NCBI RefSeq assembly: GCF_900232105.1
Contig: NZ_LT934425.1
Coordinates: 2,670,001-2,702,000 of the forward strand
Source: Candidatus Kuenenia stuttgartensis
GTDB lineage: Bacteria; Planctomycetota; Brocadiia; Brocadiales; Brocadiaceae
DNA length: 32,000 bases
Reading direction: 5' to 3'
Positions 9,102-18,190 of this stretch are shown piece after piece. Each line of letters opens with the position of its first letter. Within the stretch, counting starts at the first letter, position 1. The notes beneath the pieces were generated by a model. That model saw only the letters and a list, made by a program, of their open reading frames with translations, did no database searches and was not told where the DNA came from. The position numbers and the translations under genes are program-made.

Positions 9102-10088
9102 CTAAGGCATCCATATATACATAAACGAAGGGGCGCCGGAATGGATAAACGTCTTTATATCAATGTTGAAAAGATTAATGTTTCCTGCGCTTGCGCCGGT
9201 TAATTGCGAATATATGTTGTTTTTATATGACCCGGGTCTGTGGTAAAGAATAACTCGCGCCTCCGTAAGATTAGTTTCTTTTTTTGCGATTGAAACCGCG
9301 TCATCCAGATACCCTATTTGATCAATCAGCCCATTCTCCAGCGCCTGTTGAGCGGAATAAATCCTTCCGTCTGCAAGTTCTCTTATCTTCTCCATCGAAA
9401 TGCCCTCCCTGTTTTCCTCAATGACGCAAAGGAATCTCTCATACATAGCATTAAGTATCTCTGAAAATATCCTCCGATCCTCTTCTGTCATCTTCTTCAA
9501 AGGAGATCCCATATCCTTGTGTTCTCCGGTTTTAACAGAGGCGTCGGCAATTCCAACCTTCTGCAAAAGCCCTTCTATGCTAAGGTTGATCATAATGACG
9601 CCGATACTTCCTGTTACCGTTGTCGGGTGCGCTATAATTTTGTCTGCAGAAGCCGCAACATAATAACCCCCCGATGCACCAATATCCATAATACAGGCAA
9701 TAACCTTTTTCTTCGTCTCCTCTTTAAACCGCATAATTTCATAATACATCATGTCCGATGCTGTAACCTTCCCGCCCGGACTGTTTATGCGCAGCAGAAT
9801 TGCCTTCACTTGTTTGTCCATCTTCGCCAGCGTCAACTCTTCCTTAACACGTGAAACCATATCCAGCTCTTCCGTCAAACCGGGAAAGCCTGCCTTTTTT
9901 TCATCAGAAATAATTCCTGAAATATCAATAATGAGTATTTTGTCTTTCCCCCTTCCCGAAACGGTCTTTTCACTAAGCGGACCCACCGTAGGCACCAAAG
10001 AAACCGTTATAAAACTACAGCCTGAAATCAAAAACATGAGACAGGAAAGAAAATAAGGAAGTAACATGTGACAATGATTGTTTTTCAT
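9102..10088 (-). CDS. sppA: Signal peptide peptidase SppA-type protease with lipoprotein-like signal
   Basis: LLRINSPGGKVTASDMMYYEI, GASGGYYVAASADKIIAHPTTVTGSIGVI; N-terminal LISGC lipobox. Confidence 0.92.
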   Translation of the reverse strand: MKNNHCHMLLPYFLSCLMFLISGCSFITVSLVPTVGPLSEKTVSGRGKDKILIIDISGIISDEKKAGFPGLTEELDMVSRVKEELTLAKMDKQVKAILLRINSPGGKVTASDMMYYEIMRFKEETKKKVIACIMDIGASGGYYVAASADKIIAHPTTVTGSIGVIMINLSIEGLLQKVGIADASVKTGEHKDMGSPLKKMTEEDRRIFSEILNAMYERFLCVIEENREGISMEKIRELADGRIYSAQQALENGLIDQIGYLDDAVSIAKKETNLTEARVILYHRPGSYKNNIYSQLTGASAGNINLFNIDIKTFIHSGAPSFMYIWMP

Positions 10089-10200
10089 AATTGATTATGG
10101 GGACGATTTTTAATAATAATTTATGTACCTTAATAAAACAGGAGTATTACTGATTTTTTGTGACTTCCGCCATGTTTTAATAAAACGTTGCAGTAGTGTT

Positions 10201-10215
10201 AACCCTGACAGGGTT
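10201..10215. repeat. 15-nt palindrome AACCCTGACAGGGTT, copy 1
   Basis: AACCCTG A CAGGGTT within shared TTAACCCTGACAGGGTTGTT; second copy at 28002-28016. Confidence 0.7.
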
Positions 10216-10365
10216 GTTTCGCCATAACCCCATTAACGGTTACAAAAAATCGGGAATGCACACTAATAAAACAGATACCGGTAACTTCTCAATAAATTGT
10301 AGTCCACAGTCTCCATTCGGCAATCTGCAATTTGCCGATTGCCGAATGCACAGTATTCCCCATTA

Positions 10366-10773
10366 TCAGGGCAATACCGTCCAGCTTTCTTGTCCATTCG
10401 TAAGTATCACCTTTTTAATACCAAATCTTCTTAGCGTTGACATCATATCTTCCTGGTGTTCAAGCAATGAGACGGTAAAACGCTTCATATGCTCCCATTC
10501 CACCTTCAGACAGTCTTCCTCTTCATTTTCAGGAATCGATAACTGGATTTCGTATCCCTGTTCCGATATTTTGCGCTGGAGCAACGAAACGAACTCTTCC
10601 TTATCTTCCGCATTTGTTAAAATTTCCTCCAATGAGAGGTCGCCAATTTCATCGTAAAGAAACAATTCCTTATCTACAAAGGCCATAATAAAAATTATCG
10701 CCGTAAGAAGGGCTATTGCTCCAAGGATTATTACAACATCTTTATATCGTTCTTTTTGTTTACGTTTTGCCAT
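10366..10773 (-). CDS. Small hypothetical membrane-anchored protein
   Basis: 135-aa ORF with one N-terminal TM segment (VVIILGAIALLTAIIFIMAF) and charged tail; no family recognised. Confidence 0.6.
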   Translation of the reverse strand: MAKRKQKERYKDVVIILGAIALLTAIIFIMAFVDKELFLYDEIGDLSLEEILTNAEDKEEFVSLLQRKISEQGYEIQLSIPENEEEDCLKVEWEHMKRFTVSLLEHQEDMMSTLRRFGIKKVILTNGQESWTVLP

Positions 10774-11079
10774 AGTTTATGCCTTTGCGTATTTTATTTC
10801 TAGTCACTATATTGCGAAAGCGGGTTTTTAATGCATACATTTGTTCTTGTCAAAAATGTATTGAATCTCGCATCATCATGCATTACAGTAAACCTTATGA
10901 TTTCTTAACCCCCACAACAGGCCGGAAGAGAGGTGCAAGGCAGTCTTCGCTTTGCATTTATTGATTGCCGGTAAGTTTGAAATTCACTGTATGTGCCGGC
11001 ATAAATGAGAAACAAGTATAAATTTATATCATTGGGTAATAGACAAAAACAACCATAAAATAATTAAGGAGCAGAAATA

Positions 11080-11565
11080 ATGAACAAGCAAAAATGGAAC
11101 TATGTAGCGATTGTATGTGTGGCGGCTATTTTTTTTACCTTTAAAATGTCGATTGCCTCAACCGATACCGTGGAGCCAATAACAGTATCTGAATTAAACA
11201 CCCTTTTGCATAATAATAAGGGGAAAATCGTAATAGTTGATCTATGGGCAACCTGGTGCCCTCCATGCAGAAAAGAAATACCGGGATTTGTAAACCTCTA
11301 TAACAAATATAAAAACAGCGGGTTAGAGATTATTGGTATCGCCTTTGATGAAAATGGACGTGAAGTGGTGCCTGATTTCGTAAAAAGCAACGGCATTAAT
11401 TATCCCGTTTATCTTGCGGGAAACGAAATCGCTATTTCTTACAACCTAAGGGCATACCCAACCACCATTATTTACGACAAAAACGGAGACGTTGCAAATA
11501 AACACATTGGATTTGTGACGGAAGACGCATTCGACCAGGAAATTGCCGCTCTGCTGAAAAAATAG
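11080..11565 (+). CDS. TlpA/ResA-like thioredoxin-fold protein, exported or membrane-anchored
   Basis: VIVDLWATWCPPCRKEIPGFVNLYNKY plus later cis-Pro region AYPTTIIYDKNGD; N-terminal hydrophobic segment; GGAG-like site upstream. Confidence 0.92.
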   Translation: MNKQKWNYVAIVCVAAIFFTFKMSIASTDTVEPITVSELNTLLHNNKGKIVIVDLWATWCPPCRKEIPGFVNLYNKYKNSGLEIIGIAFDENGREVVPDFVKSNGINYPVYLAGNEIAISYNLRAYPTTIIYDKNGDVANKHIGFVTEDAFDQEIAALLKK

Positions 11566-11570
11566 CCCTC

Positions 11571-11588
11571 TGGCAGGCTTGCCTGCCA
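11571..11588 (+). terminator. Possible 3' hairpin after the TlpA-like gene
   Basis: TGGCAGGC TT GCCTGCCA 6 nt after the stop; no clear U-tract, so could be another palindrome. Confidence 0.4.
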
Positions 11589-11670
11589 AGGCGGTGCACA
11601 CAGCAGGCAACCTGAAATCAAGATGTTTGTTTGAATAATGGCGTCATGTACCGCGGTAAAATTCCAACAA

Positions 11671-11699
11671 TGTAGTGTGACGAGGTTAGTCGCACCGTA
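11671..11699. repeat. Hairpin of the TGTAG...CTACA family, inverted copy
   Basis: attccaacaatgtagtgtgacgaggttagtcgcac is the reverse complement, about 31/35 matches, of 1954-1988. Confidence 0.7.
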
Positions 11700-11922
11700 T
11701 TCAGTGCAGAGATAGTCGTAAAAAGACCGGCTTTAGCAATGACTTTAGGCTATTTCATAACCCTGTCATGGTTAAAGCCCGCCATTCTCCACACAGCGAA
11801 ATGCATGGGGTTAAGCCTGGACTATGCGGCAAACATCGCTACTATTGGAATTTTTCAAAAAACTATAGCGTTATAAATATTTCTTATCGATTGAATGGAA
11901 GCAGGAGCTTCCATGACACGTA

Positions 11923-11948
11923 CATTCCCAAGTCGGAACTTGGGAATG
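11923..11948. repeat. Hairpin, GTTCCC/CATTCCC family
   Basis: CATTCCCAAGT CGGA ACTTGGGAATG, perfect 11-bp arms. Confidence 0.75.
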
Positions 11949-12004
11949 AGAATGGAATCAGGCCACCTTTGGCAACGACTTTATTCTGTTGTGGATATTA
12001 ATGC

Positions 12005-12027
12005 AGAGACGCATTGCATGCGTCTCT
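12005..12027. repeat. Hairpin AGAGACGCAT TGC ATGCGTCTCT
   Basis: Perfect 10-bp arms; followed by ACAAAAATATTGAAATTCCTAA, similar to the tail following 596-647. Confidence 0.7.
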
Positions 12028-12247
12028 ACAAAAATATTGAAATTCCTAAGCTGGCATAGCCAGAAACAAACAAGTACAAAGCACGAAATACTAAACAAAT
12101 TCCAAAATCTCTTCCCCCCTATCCCCCCTCTCCAAAGGGAAGAATGTCTCACGCTGGCGGGGGTGCAGGTGGTGGAATTAAATATTTTGCCAAAAAATGC
12201 AAAGAAATTACCGATAAGGTATCAAACATCAAGTATAAAGAATTACC

Positions 12248-13321
12248 ATGAATACAAAGGTTATTATTGCCATGAGCGGAGGTGTTGACAGCAGTGTTGC
12301 GGCACACCTCCTGGTGGAGCAAGGATATGAAGTCGTCGGACTTTTCATGCGCCTAGGACTTGAAAAACTGGACGCCATGACGAAAACAAAGGTGTGCTGC
12401 AGTCTGGAGGACGCCAATGACGCGCGAACCGTTGCCGAGCAGCTAGGGATTCAATTCCATGTCCTGAATTTTAAAGAAGCCTTTGATCACATTATAGACC
12501 ATTTCTGCACTGAATACCTGAACGGAAGAACGCCCAATCCCTGCATCATGTGCAATCAGGAACTAAAATTCGGAAAACTGTTGAATTTTGCAAAGATGCT
12601 AAACGCGGACTTTGTCGCCACGGGACACTACGCAAAGGTAGAAAAACACAACGACAGGTTTTTATTGAAAAAAGGTGATGATCTCAATAAAGAGCAGTCA
12701 TACGTTCTCTTTTCACTCAACCAGGAACAACTCTCAAAAACCCTTTTCCCCTTGGGAACGCTGACGAAAGAATCCGTCCGCCGGATAGCAAAAGATTTAA
12801 ACCTGAAAACAAAAGACAAACCTGAGAGCCAGGATATCTGTTTTGTGCTGGACAATAATTACCATTCCCTTCTTTACGAGAGATATGGCAACCATATTAT
12901 TCCAGGCCCCATCAAGGACAGGCAGGGAAACATCCTGGGAGAACACCAGGGGGCGCCGTTCTTTACCATCGGACAGCGAAAAGGTCTCGGAGTTGCTTTT
13001 GGCTCGCCACGATACGTAGTCGATATAAACCCACGTGAAAATGCAGTAATAATCGGCACGGACAAAGATCTCGAGGAAACCGGACTGATTGCCTCCTCAC
13101 TAAACTGGATTTCCGTTCAGCAACTGGAATTACCCATGGAAGTGCAGGCAAAGATACGTTATCATCATATGCCGGCGCACGCTACCGTATCCCCCTTTGG
13201 AACAGACAAGGTTAGGGTACACTTCAATGAACCGCAAAAGGCCATCACCCCGGGACAGGCAGTGGTCTTTTACGACAATGACACTGTTGTGGGGGGGGGA
13301 TGGATTGACAGGAAAGATTAA
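12248..13321 (+). CDS. mnmA: tRNA-specific 2-thiouridylase
   Basis: AMSGGVDSSVAAHLLVEQGYEVVGLFMRL, NPCIMCNQELKFG, FVATGHYAK, KDQSYVLF, KPESQDICFV. Confidence 0.97.
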   Translation: MNTKVIIAMSGGVDSSVAAHLLVEQGYEVVGLFMRLGLEKLDAMTKTKVCCSLEDANDARTVAEQLGIQFHVLNFKEAFDHIIDHFCTEYLNGRTPNPCIMCNQELKFGKLLNFAKMLNADFVATGHYAKVEKHNDRFLLKKGDDLNKEQSYVLFSLNQEQLSKTLFPLGTLTKESVRRIAKDLNLKTKDKPESQDICFVLDNNYHSLLYERYGNHIIPGPIKDRQGNILGEHQGAPFFTIGQRKGLGVAFGSPRYVVDINPRENAVIIGTDKDLEETGLIASSLNWISVQQLELPMEVQAKIRYHHMPAHATVSPFGTDKVRVHFNEPQKAITPGQAVVFYDNDTVVGGGWIDRKD

Positions 13322-13383
13322 TCGCACGTAGTTTTATATTCATTATTCAACAAAATGAAAAGGAAAAAAGACAACGACTATTC

Positions 13384-14094
13384 TTGTCCTTTCAAATGTA
13401 TTGCTGGCTTTGTGCCTGGCGTAGTATTTTTCTTTATCATGCTTATCATGCCGGCGCCGGAAGGTATGTCCCCGTTTGCCAAAAAACCGCCGCAGTAACC
13501 TTGTTAATGGTGTGCTGGTGGATATCGGAAGCGCTCCCCATCTTTGTCACTGCTTTGACGCCTCTTGCCCTGTTTCTGATCCTGGGGATTATGAATGGCA
13601 GGGAAGTTGCAATGCCCTATGCGGAAGACGCGGCATTCCTCTTCCTCGGAGGATTCTGTATTGCAATATCCATGCATAAATGTAACCTGCACCGGCGCAT
13701 TGCCCTTTCTATTATAAAGATAATTGGCAATAAACCGAGGCAGCTTGTGCATGGTTTTATGATAGCTATAGCCTTTTTGCCTATGTGGCTTTCCAATACG
13801 GCAACAACTATGATGATGCTTCCCATCGGGATGGCGTTGATTACCCATTTTTGCGGTAGTCAACACGGCCAGAAGAGTAAAACACTTTGGCACTGCATTG
13901 ATGCTGGGTATTGCTTACAGCGCAAATATTGGCGGCATATGGACGCTTGTTGGAACACCTCCAAATCTTGTTTTTGCCGGACAGCTAAAATCCTGTTTCC
14001 CCATGCGCCGGAGATTGGGTTTTTTCAATGGATGAAGGTTGGTGTTCCCCTTGTATGTACATTTATTCCCTTAACAAAGGTTGAAAACTCATAA
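13384..14094 (+). pseudogene. DASS/SLC13-family anion transporter, frameshifted and truncated
   Basis: TLLMVCWWISEALPIFVTALTPLALFLILGI and LPMWLSNTATTMMMLPIGMAL in one frame; VKHFGTALMLGIAYSANIGGIWTLVGTPPNLVFAGQ in another; PAPEGMSPFAKK start also out of frame; C-terminal half missing. Confidence 0.85.
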
Positions 14095-14133
14095 ACTAAA
14101 AGGGAACCTCAGGGATTATTATATCTTTTTATA

Positions 14134-14788
14134 ATGGAATTTATAGAATTGTATTTTGAAGATTCCGCTGAATTTGTTAAATTTGCGGAAGAATTTCGTG
14201 AGAGTATAAAATATTTGATACAGATGAATAGACAAAATATAACCGGTTACAAACAAGTGCTTACAGAAATATCAAAAACAAGGGTTGTTTTTGCCGAACT
14301 CGATGATTTCTTCCGCAAGGCAGATGAAAATATTTTCCATGACCCGGATGACCCGCGGGACGGAATCGGCCGCCTCCCTGGCCCTGACCGGTTGATGCTC
14401 CTCATACCCTGTGTTTTCAACCGCCTTGAGGAAGATATATCTAAGTGCAGAGAATGTGAAAATGTCACAATAATCATAGAAAGTTTACAGGTGTTAAAAG
14501 AAGGCATAAATAGTATATTGACCTATTATCTTCGGGATGATGTTGAAGACGCAATCAATTTACTCAGTAACGTCCTGTCAAAGATGGACAAGCTTTCCTC
14601 CCAAAAATCTCAATCCGGCATCCGTTTCCTTAGCGACATAGCGAGAATTGCGCCAGACTTTCAAATTTTCCTTAATATGCTTGAAGGTTTCAGGGAAAAC
14701 AGACGAATAAGACCCAGTGAACCGGAGGCCGATACATCGTGGTCGCCTGAATGCTGGCTGGATTATTACATGGAACAAGCCAGACTAG
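14134..14788 (+). pseudogene. 5' part of IS-interrupted hypothetical gene
   Basis: ORF runs to the IS edge; joins in frame with 16797-17533 on removal of IS plus one CTAG copy. Confidence 0.85.
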
Positions 14789-16796
14789 CGTGAGTTTATC
14801 ACGAAATAAGGTGTAAGACAAAGACATCAAGTTGCAATCCAATGATTTGTATCGGGTTGCGACTTTTTTTGTCTAAAAAATTATGTATACACTGAATAAT
14901 ACTATATTTATATTGCATTATATGCCTGTATATACTATTATACACGGAGTATTAATCTATTACGTATACACTAACAACTAATAGCCATGGCTACCATTCA
15001 ATCTAAAAACTCCAGAGGTTATAAATATTGGTATATTGTCGAATCGCGGCGCGTTAACGGCAAGCCCAGGCCCATCGTCCTGGCCTATCTTGGCAAGGCA
15101 GACGATTTATTAAAACAACTGCAAGGTCTTACCGAAAAATTACGGCTCAAATCTTATTCACATGGCGCGGTAGCCGCATTGCTAAGTGTGGCCAATGCCC
15201 TGGACGTCCCTTCCGTGATTAATAAATATATAAAGTCGCCACGGCAGTATTGTGCTAAAAAACCTGTTCGAAATAATCTGACCGCCGGAAGTACCCTCTT
15301 GTTGGGTGCCGTGGGGAGAGTGTGTGTGCCTACCAGCAAAAGAGGATGGTGGGATTGGGCAAAGACGACTACTGCCGAATACTTACTCAGACACAGCTTG
15401 AGTAAAATAGACAGTCAGCATTTCTGGGATTTGATGGATGCACTTCCTGAAGAATCCATTGCAGAAATCGAGCGCGAATTAATTGAAAAGACATTTAAAA
15501 CATACAACCTTCAAAGCGACACACTGTTTTTTGATACAACCAATTTTTTCACGTATATCGACACAACTAATCTGCGATGCACTATTGCCCGGCGGGGGAA
15601 AAACAAACAAAAGCGATACGATCTCAGGCAGGTCGGGTTGGCGATGGTCGTTACACGTAACGACATGATACCGTTGTTTCACCATACCTATCAGGGGAAC
15701 ATGGCGGATGCAAAGGTGTTCAGCGCGGTTCTTGAGACGATAAAAGACAGGATGACCGGATTAGGTTTCGACAGCAAAAAGCACACTATTGTTTTTGATC
15801 GTGGAAACAATTCCATGGACAATATGGCTATTGTAGAGAGATTGGCATTGCATTACGTTGGAGCGCTTACACCGTATCATCACAAGCAGTTGGTAGGGGA
15901 TGCCATGTGTAATTTCAGGGAATATGACGTTGACGGCAGTAAGATACAGGTGTACCATGACAAACGGGTTATTTGGGGGCAGGAAAGAACCGTTGTCGTA
16001 TTTATTTCCGAGAAATTAAAGGTTGGGCAATTAAGGGGAATGTCTCAGTCTCTGGAAAAGGCAGAACATCAGTTAAAGCTCTTACAGCAGCATCTGTGTA
16101 ATCCAAAGGGAAAGATGCGGGACAAAGAGGGTCTGGAGGATACGATAAGAAGTGTAGTGAAATGTCAATTTGCGAAGGATGTTATCGATTGGTCGTTAAA
16201 AGAGGTATCTGAAGGCAAGTTTCAATTGAATTTTTCAATCGACCAGAAAAAGCTCGAAGAAATAGAAGGGGAACTGGGGTTCAGGATTCTTATGACAGAC
16301 CATCACGATTGGGATACCGCGGACATTATAAAAGCCTACTATGGGCAATCAAAAATTGAACATGCCTTTAGAAATCTCAAGAACCCCTATCACCTTGCTT
16401 TAAAACCGCAATTTCACTGGACGGATCAGAAAATCAGGGTGCATTTTTTTATTTGCGTCCTCGGATACCTAATGGCGGCGATTGTGTGGTATCAGGCAAA
16501 AGCGCACGCACAATTTAGTGGAACGTTAGATACCCTGTTAGACACCCTTAATAATATAAGGCTTTCTGCTATGCTTGAAGAAACAAAGGCCAGAGGGAGA
16601 GTTAAGGCTACCTACAAATTGGAAGAAATGTCCGACAAGGAATCTCTGTTGATGAATGCGTTAGGCATTATGGATTTCCACAAACATCGGCTGAAACTTC
16701 AAGGACTCAGTGTATACAATTGATGTTGTGCTTAACGCATTGACTGTATTTATGTTACGTTGCTTCATGCCTTATTTTGTGATAAACTCACGCTAG
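14785..16796. mobile_element. Insertion sequence, ~2004 bp (14789-16792), flanked by 4-bp CTAG direct repeats
   Basis: Terminal inverted repeats CGTGAGTTTATCAC(G/A)AAATAAGG, 22/23 match; CTAG at 14785-14788 and 16793-16796; DDE transposase inside. Confidence 0.95.
14987..16723 (+). CDS. DDE transposase of the IS4 superfamily, probably IS1634 family
   Basis: 578 aa, apparently intact: FFDTTNFFTYIDTTN, HTIVFDRGNNSMDNM, YYGQSKIEHAFRNLKNPYHL. Confidence 0.9.
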   Translation: MATIQSKNSRGYKYWYIVESRRVNGKPRPIVLAYLGKADDLLKQLQGLTEKLRLKSYSHGAVAALLSVANALDVPSVINKYIKSPRQYCAKKPVRNNLTAGSTLLLGAVGRVCVPTSKRGWWDWAKTTTAEYLLRHSLSKIDSQHFWDLMDALPEESIAEIERELIEKTFKTYNLQSDTLFFDTTNFFTYIDTTNLRCTIARRGKNKQKRYDLRQVGLAMVVTRNDMIPLFHHTYQGNMADAKVFSAVLETIKDRMTGLGFDSKKHTIVFDRGNNSMDNMAIVERLALHYVGALTPYHHKQLVGDAMCNFREYDVDGSKIQVYHDKRVIWGQERTVVVFISEKLKVGQLRGMSQSLEKAEHQLKLLQQHLCNPKGKMRDKEGLEDTIRSVVKCQFAKDVIDWSLKEVSEGKFQLNFSIDQKKLEEIEGELGFRILMTDHHDWDTADIIKAYYGQSKIEHAFRNLKNPYHLALKPQFHWTDQKIRVHFFICVLGYLMAAIVWYQAKAHAQFSGTLDTLLDTLNNIRLSAMLEETKARGRVKATYKLEEMSDKESLLMNALGIMDFHKHRLKLQGLSVYN

Positions 16797-17533
16797 AAGA
16801 ACCCATCATTGCTGTGGTTGACGCCGAAGGACTTTCAGTGGCAAGCCTTGAAAAAGGTATGCAACTTATGATGGAAGAAAGCGCACAAAGGGACAAGATG
16901 ATGGAAAAACAGTTCATCGCTTATGAACTGATGAAAAAGAGGGACGCAGCCTTCAACCCCGAACACCCGGAAAGGTTTTTAGACATTTCATTGATTCCGG
17001 ACATAAGAGAAGAGGATGGTGATGAAGATTATGAAGTCAGAGTTGTAGACCTCCGTTACGAGGAAATGGAAGAAGAGCCACCTGAACCGTGGGCTAGTTC
17101 CCTGCCGGAACTATGCGATTGGAATAAATTCACACATGAATCGTCCTTTGACGATTCGGAATTTTACCGCAAGGATTTTGAAGACGATCCGGTTTACAGT
17201 CTGCTTAAGCCTTTTGTACACAACCTTTTTAAATGCCTGAAACAGGACTATCTCCGTCAGGATAAAGAAAGCAAAAAAGAAGAACATCAAATGCGTTCTC
17301 CTCTGGAGCATTATTTAATACTTCTGGCCCTCAAGGCGCAGGTACGAATATCATCTTGTGAAGTATGGGTTGAAAGCGTTGGACACGAAGCGCCGAGAAA
17401 AGGGGTTTATCTGTTTGCGATGGAATGTCTGGGACGGATTGCTGAAGCCATAGAAAGATTCTCACCGGAACATCATTACCATCTTGCTACCGAAGCAGGA
17501 AATATCAAAAAACAGATTGAAAAAATATTTTAA
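16797..17533 (+). pseudogene. 3' part of the IS-interrupted hypothetical gene
   Basis: EEPIIAVVDAEGLSVASLEKGMQ... continues the 14134 ORF; the apparent start at 16760 lies inside the IS terminal sequence. Confidence 0.85.
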
Positions 17534-17675
17534 TCGCAGAGGATAAGGAAATATCCGGTTTATTCTATTAAGCCAGTCAAAAACAAATGGTGAAATCCGA
17601 AATGCTAAATTTCAATCCTCCCCCCTACCCCCCTCCAAGCCTGATCATAATACGCGCTTAACACCGGGAGTGAAA

Positions 17676-17958
17676 ATGTTTATACTGTTCACTATGAGAA
17701 TATGTGGACAAGAATTTTCTATTGGAATCCTTGATCGAATAGGTACAGCGATTGCCGGGATGCCTGACATTTCCAGGCGGGCCCTGTCGTGGAAGGTGTG
17801 CGAGTGGCTCAACTGACGTTCCTCCAACGGTAAACTTCAGGAAGGGGAACTGCCGTAAGGCGCGGAACAAACTGCAGCAACAAGGCATACAGAGCCTTCC
17901 TGCGGCAGAGAGCATAGCCGGTTTTCAGCAGGCAAGGCAACGTTTGGACATGAAGTGA
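17676..17958 (+). pseudogene. Decayed DUF4338/DruA-like N-terminal fragment
   Basis: RICGQEFSIGILDRIGTAIAGMPDISRRALSWKVCEWLN, stop TGA at 17814 in place of an expected Trp, RSSNGKLQEG, then frameshift to GNCRKARNKLQQQGIQSLPAAES; resembles the (R)xCGRxFTxxxLxLI...SRxELSRxVCExLGWxxxxGRLKxMxCRxALLRLxRxGLIxLP layout. Confidence 0.55.
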
Positions 17959-18190
17959 ACGAAAGCAACGATAGAGCGGATAAAAGAACATAATGTATGC
18001 CATTTTCAAACATATTCCTCTTCCTCATAAACAATTTTGTCCTTTCTCCGTCCCGCCCCTCCCTGAACCCACGGCGTTTGGAGTGGTTAAAGGTTAGCGT
18101 AAACGTGGAGGGAAGGGGTGGAGTGTAATCCAATACCAGTTGCCGAAGGTCTAATTTATTGTTACAAAATATTTTATTTAAAAGCAATAC

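Noticed and set aside
10196-10657. 153-aa plus-strand ORF opposite the small membrane protein gene
   Set aside because: Starts within repeat DNA and is antisense to a more plausible TM-containing ORF; Ser-rich low-quality product.
12105-12135. C-rich tract (TTCCCCCCTATCCCCCCTC) and similar tract near 17617-17637, considered as G-quadruplex regulators
   Set aside because: Composition allows G-quadruplexes on the minus strand, but there is no positional or functional support; likely another dispersed repeat.
14134-17533. Two separate genes either side of the transposase
   Set aside because: The left ORF stops only within IS sequence, the right ORF starts only within IS sequence, and removal of the IS restores one frame exactly.
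17676-17958. Possible Druantia anti-phage locus
   Set aside because: Only a short decayed DUF4338-like piece; no helicase or other Druantia genes nearby.
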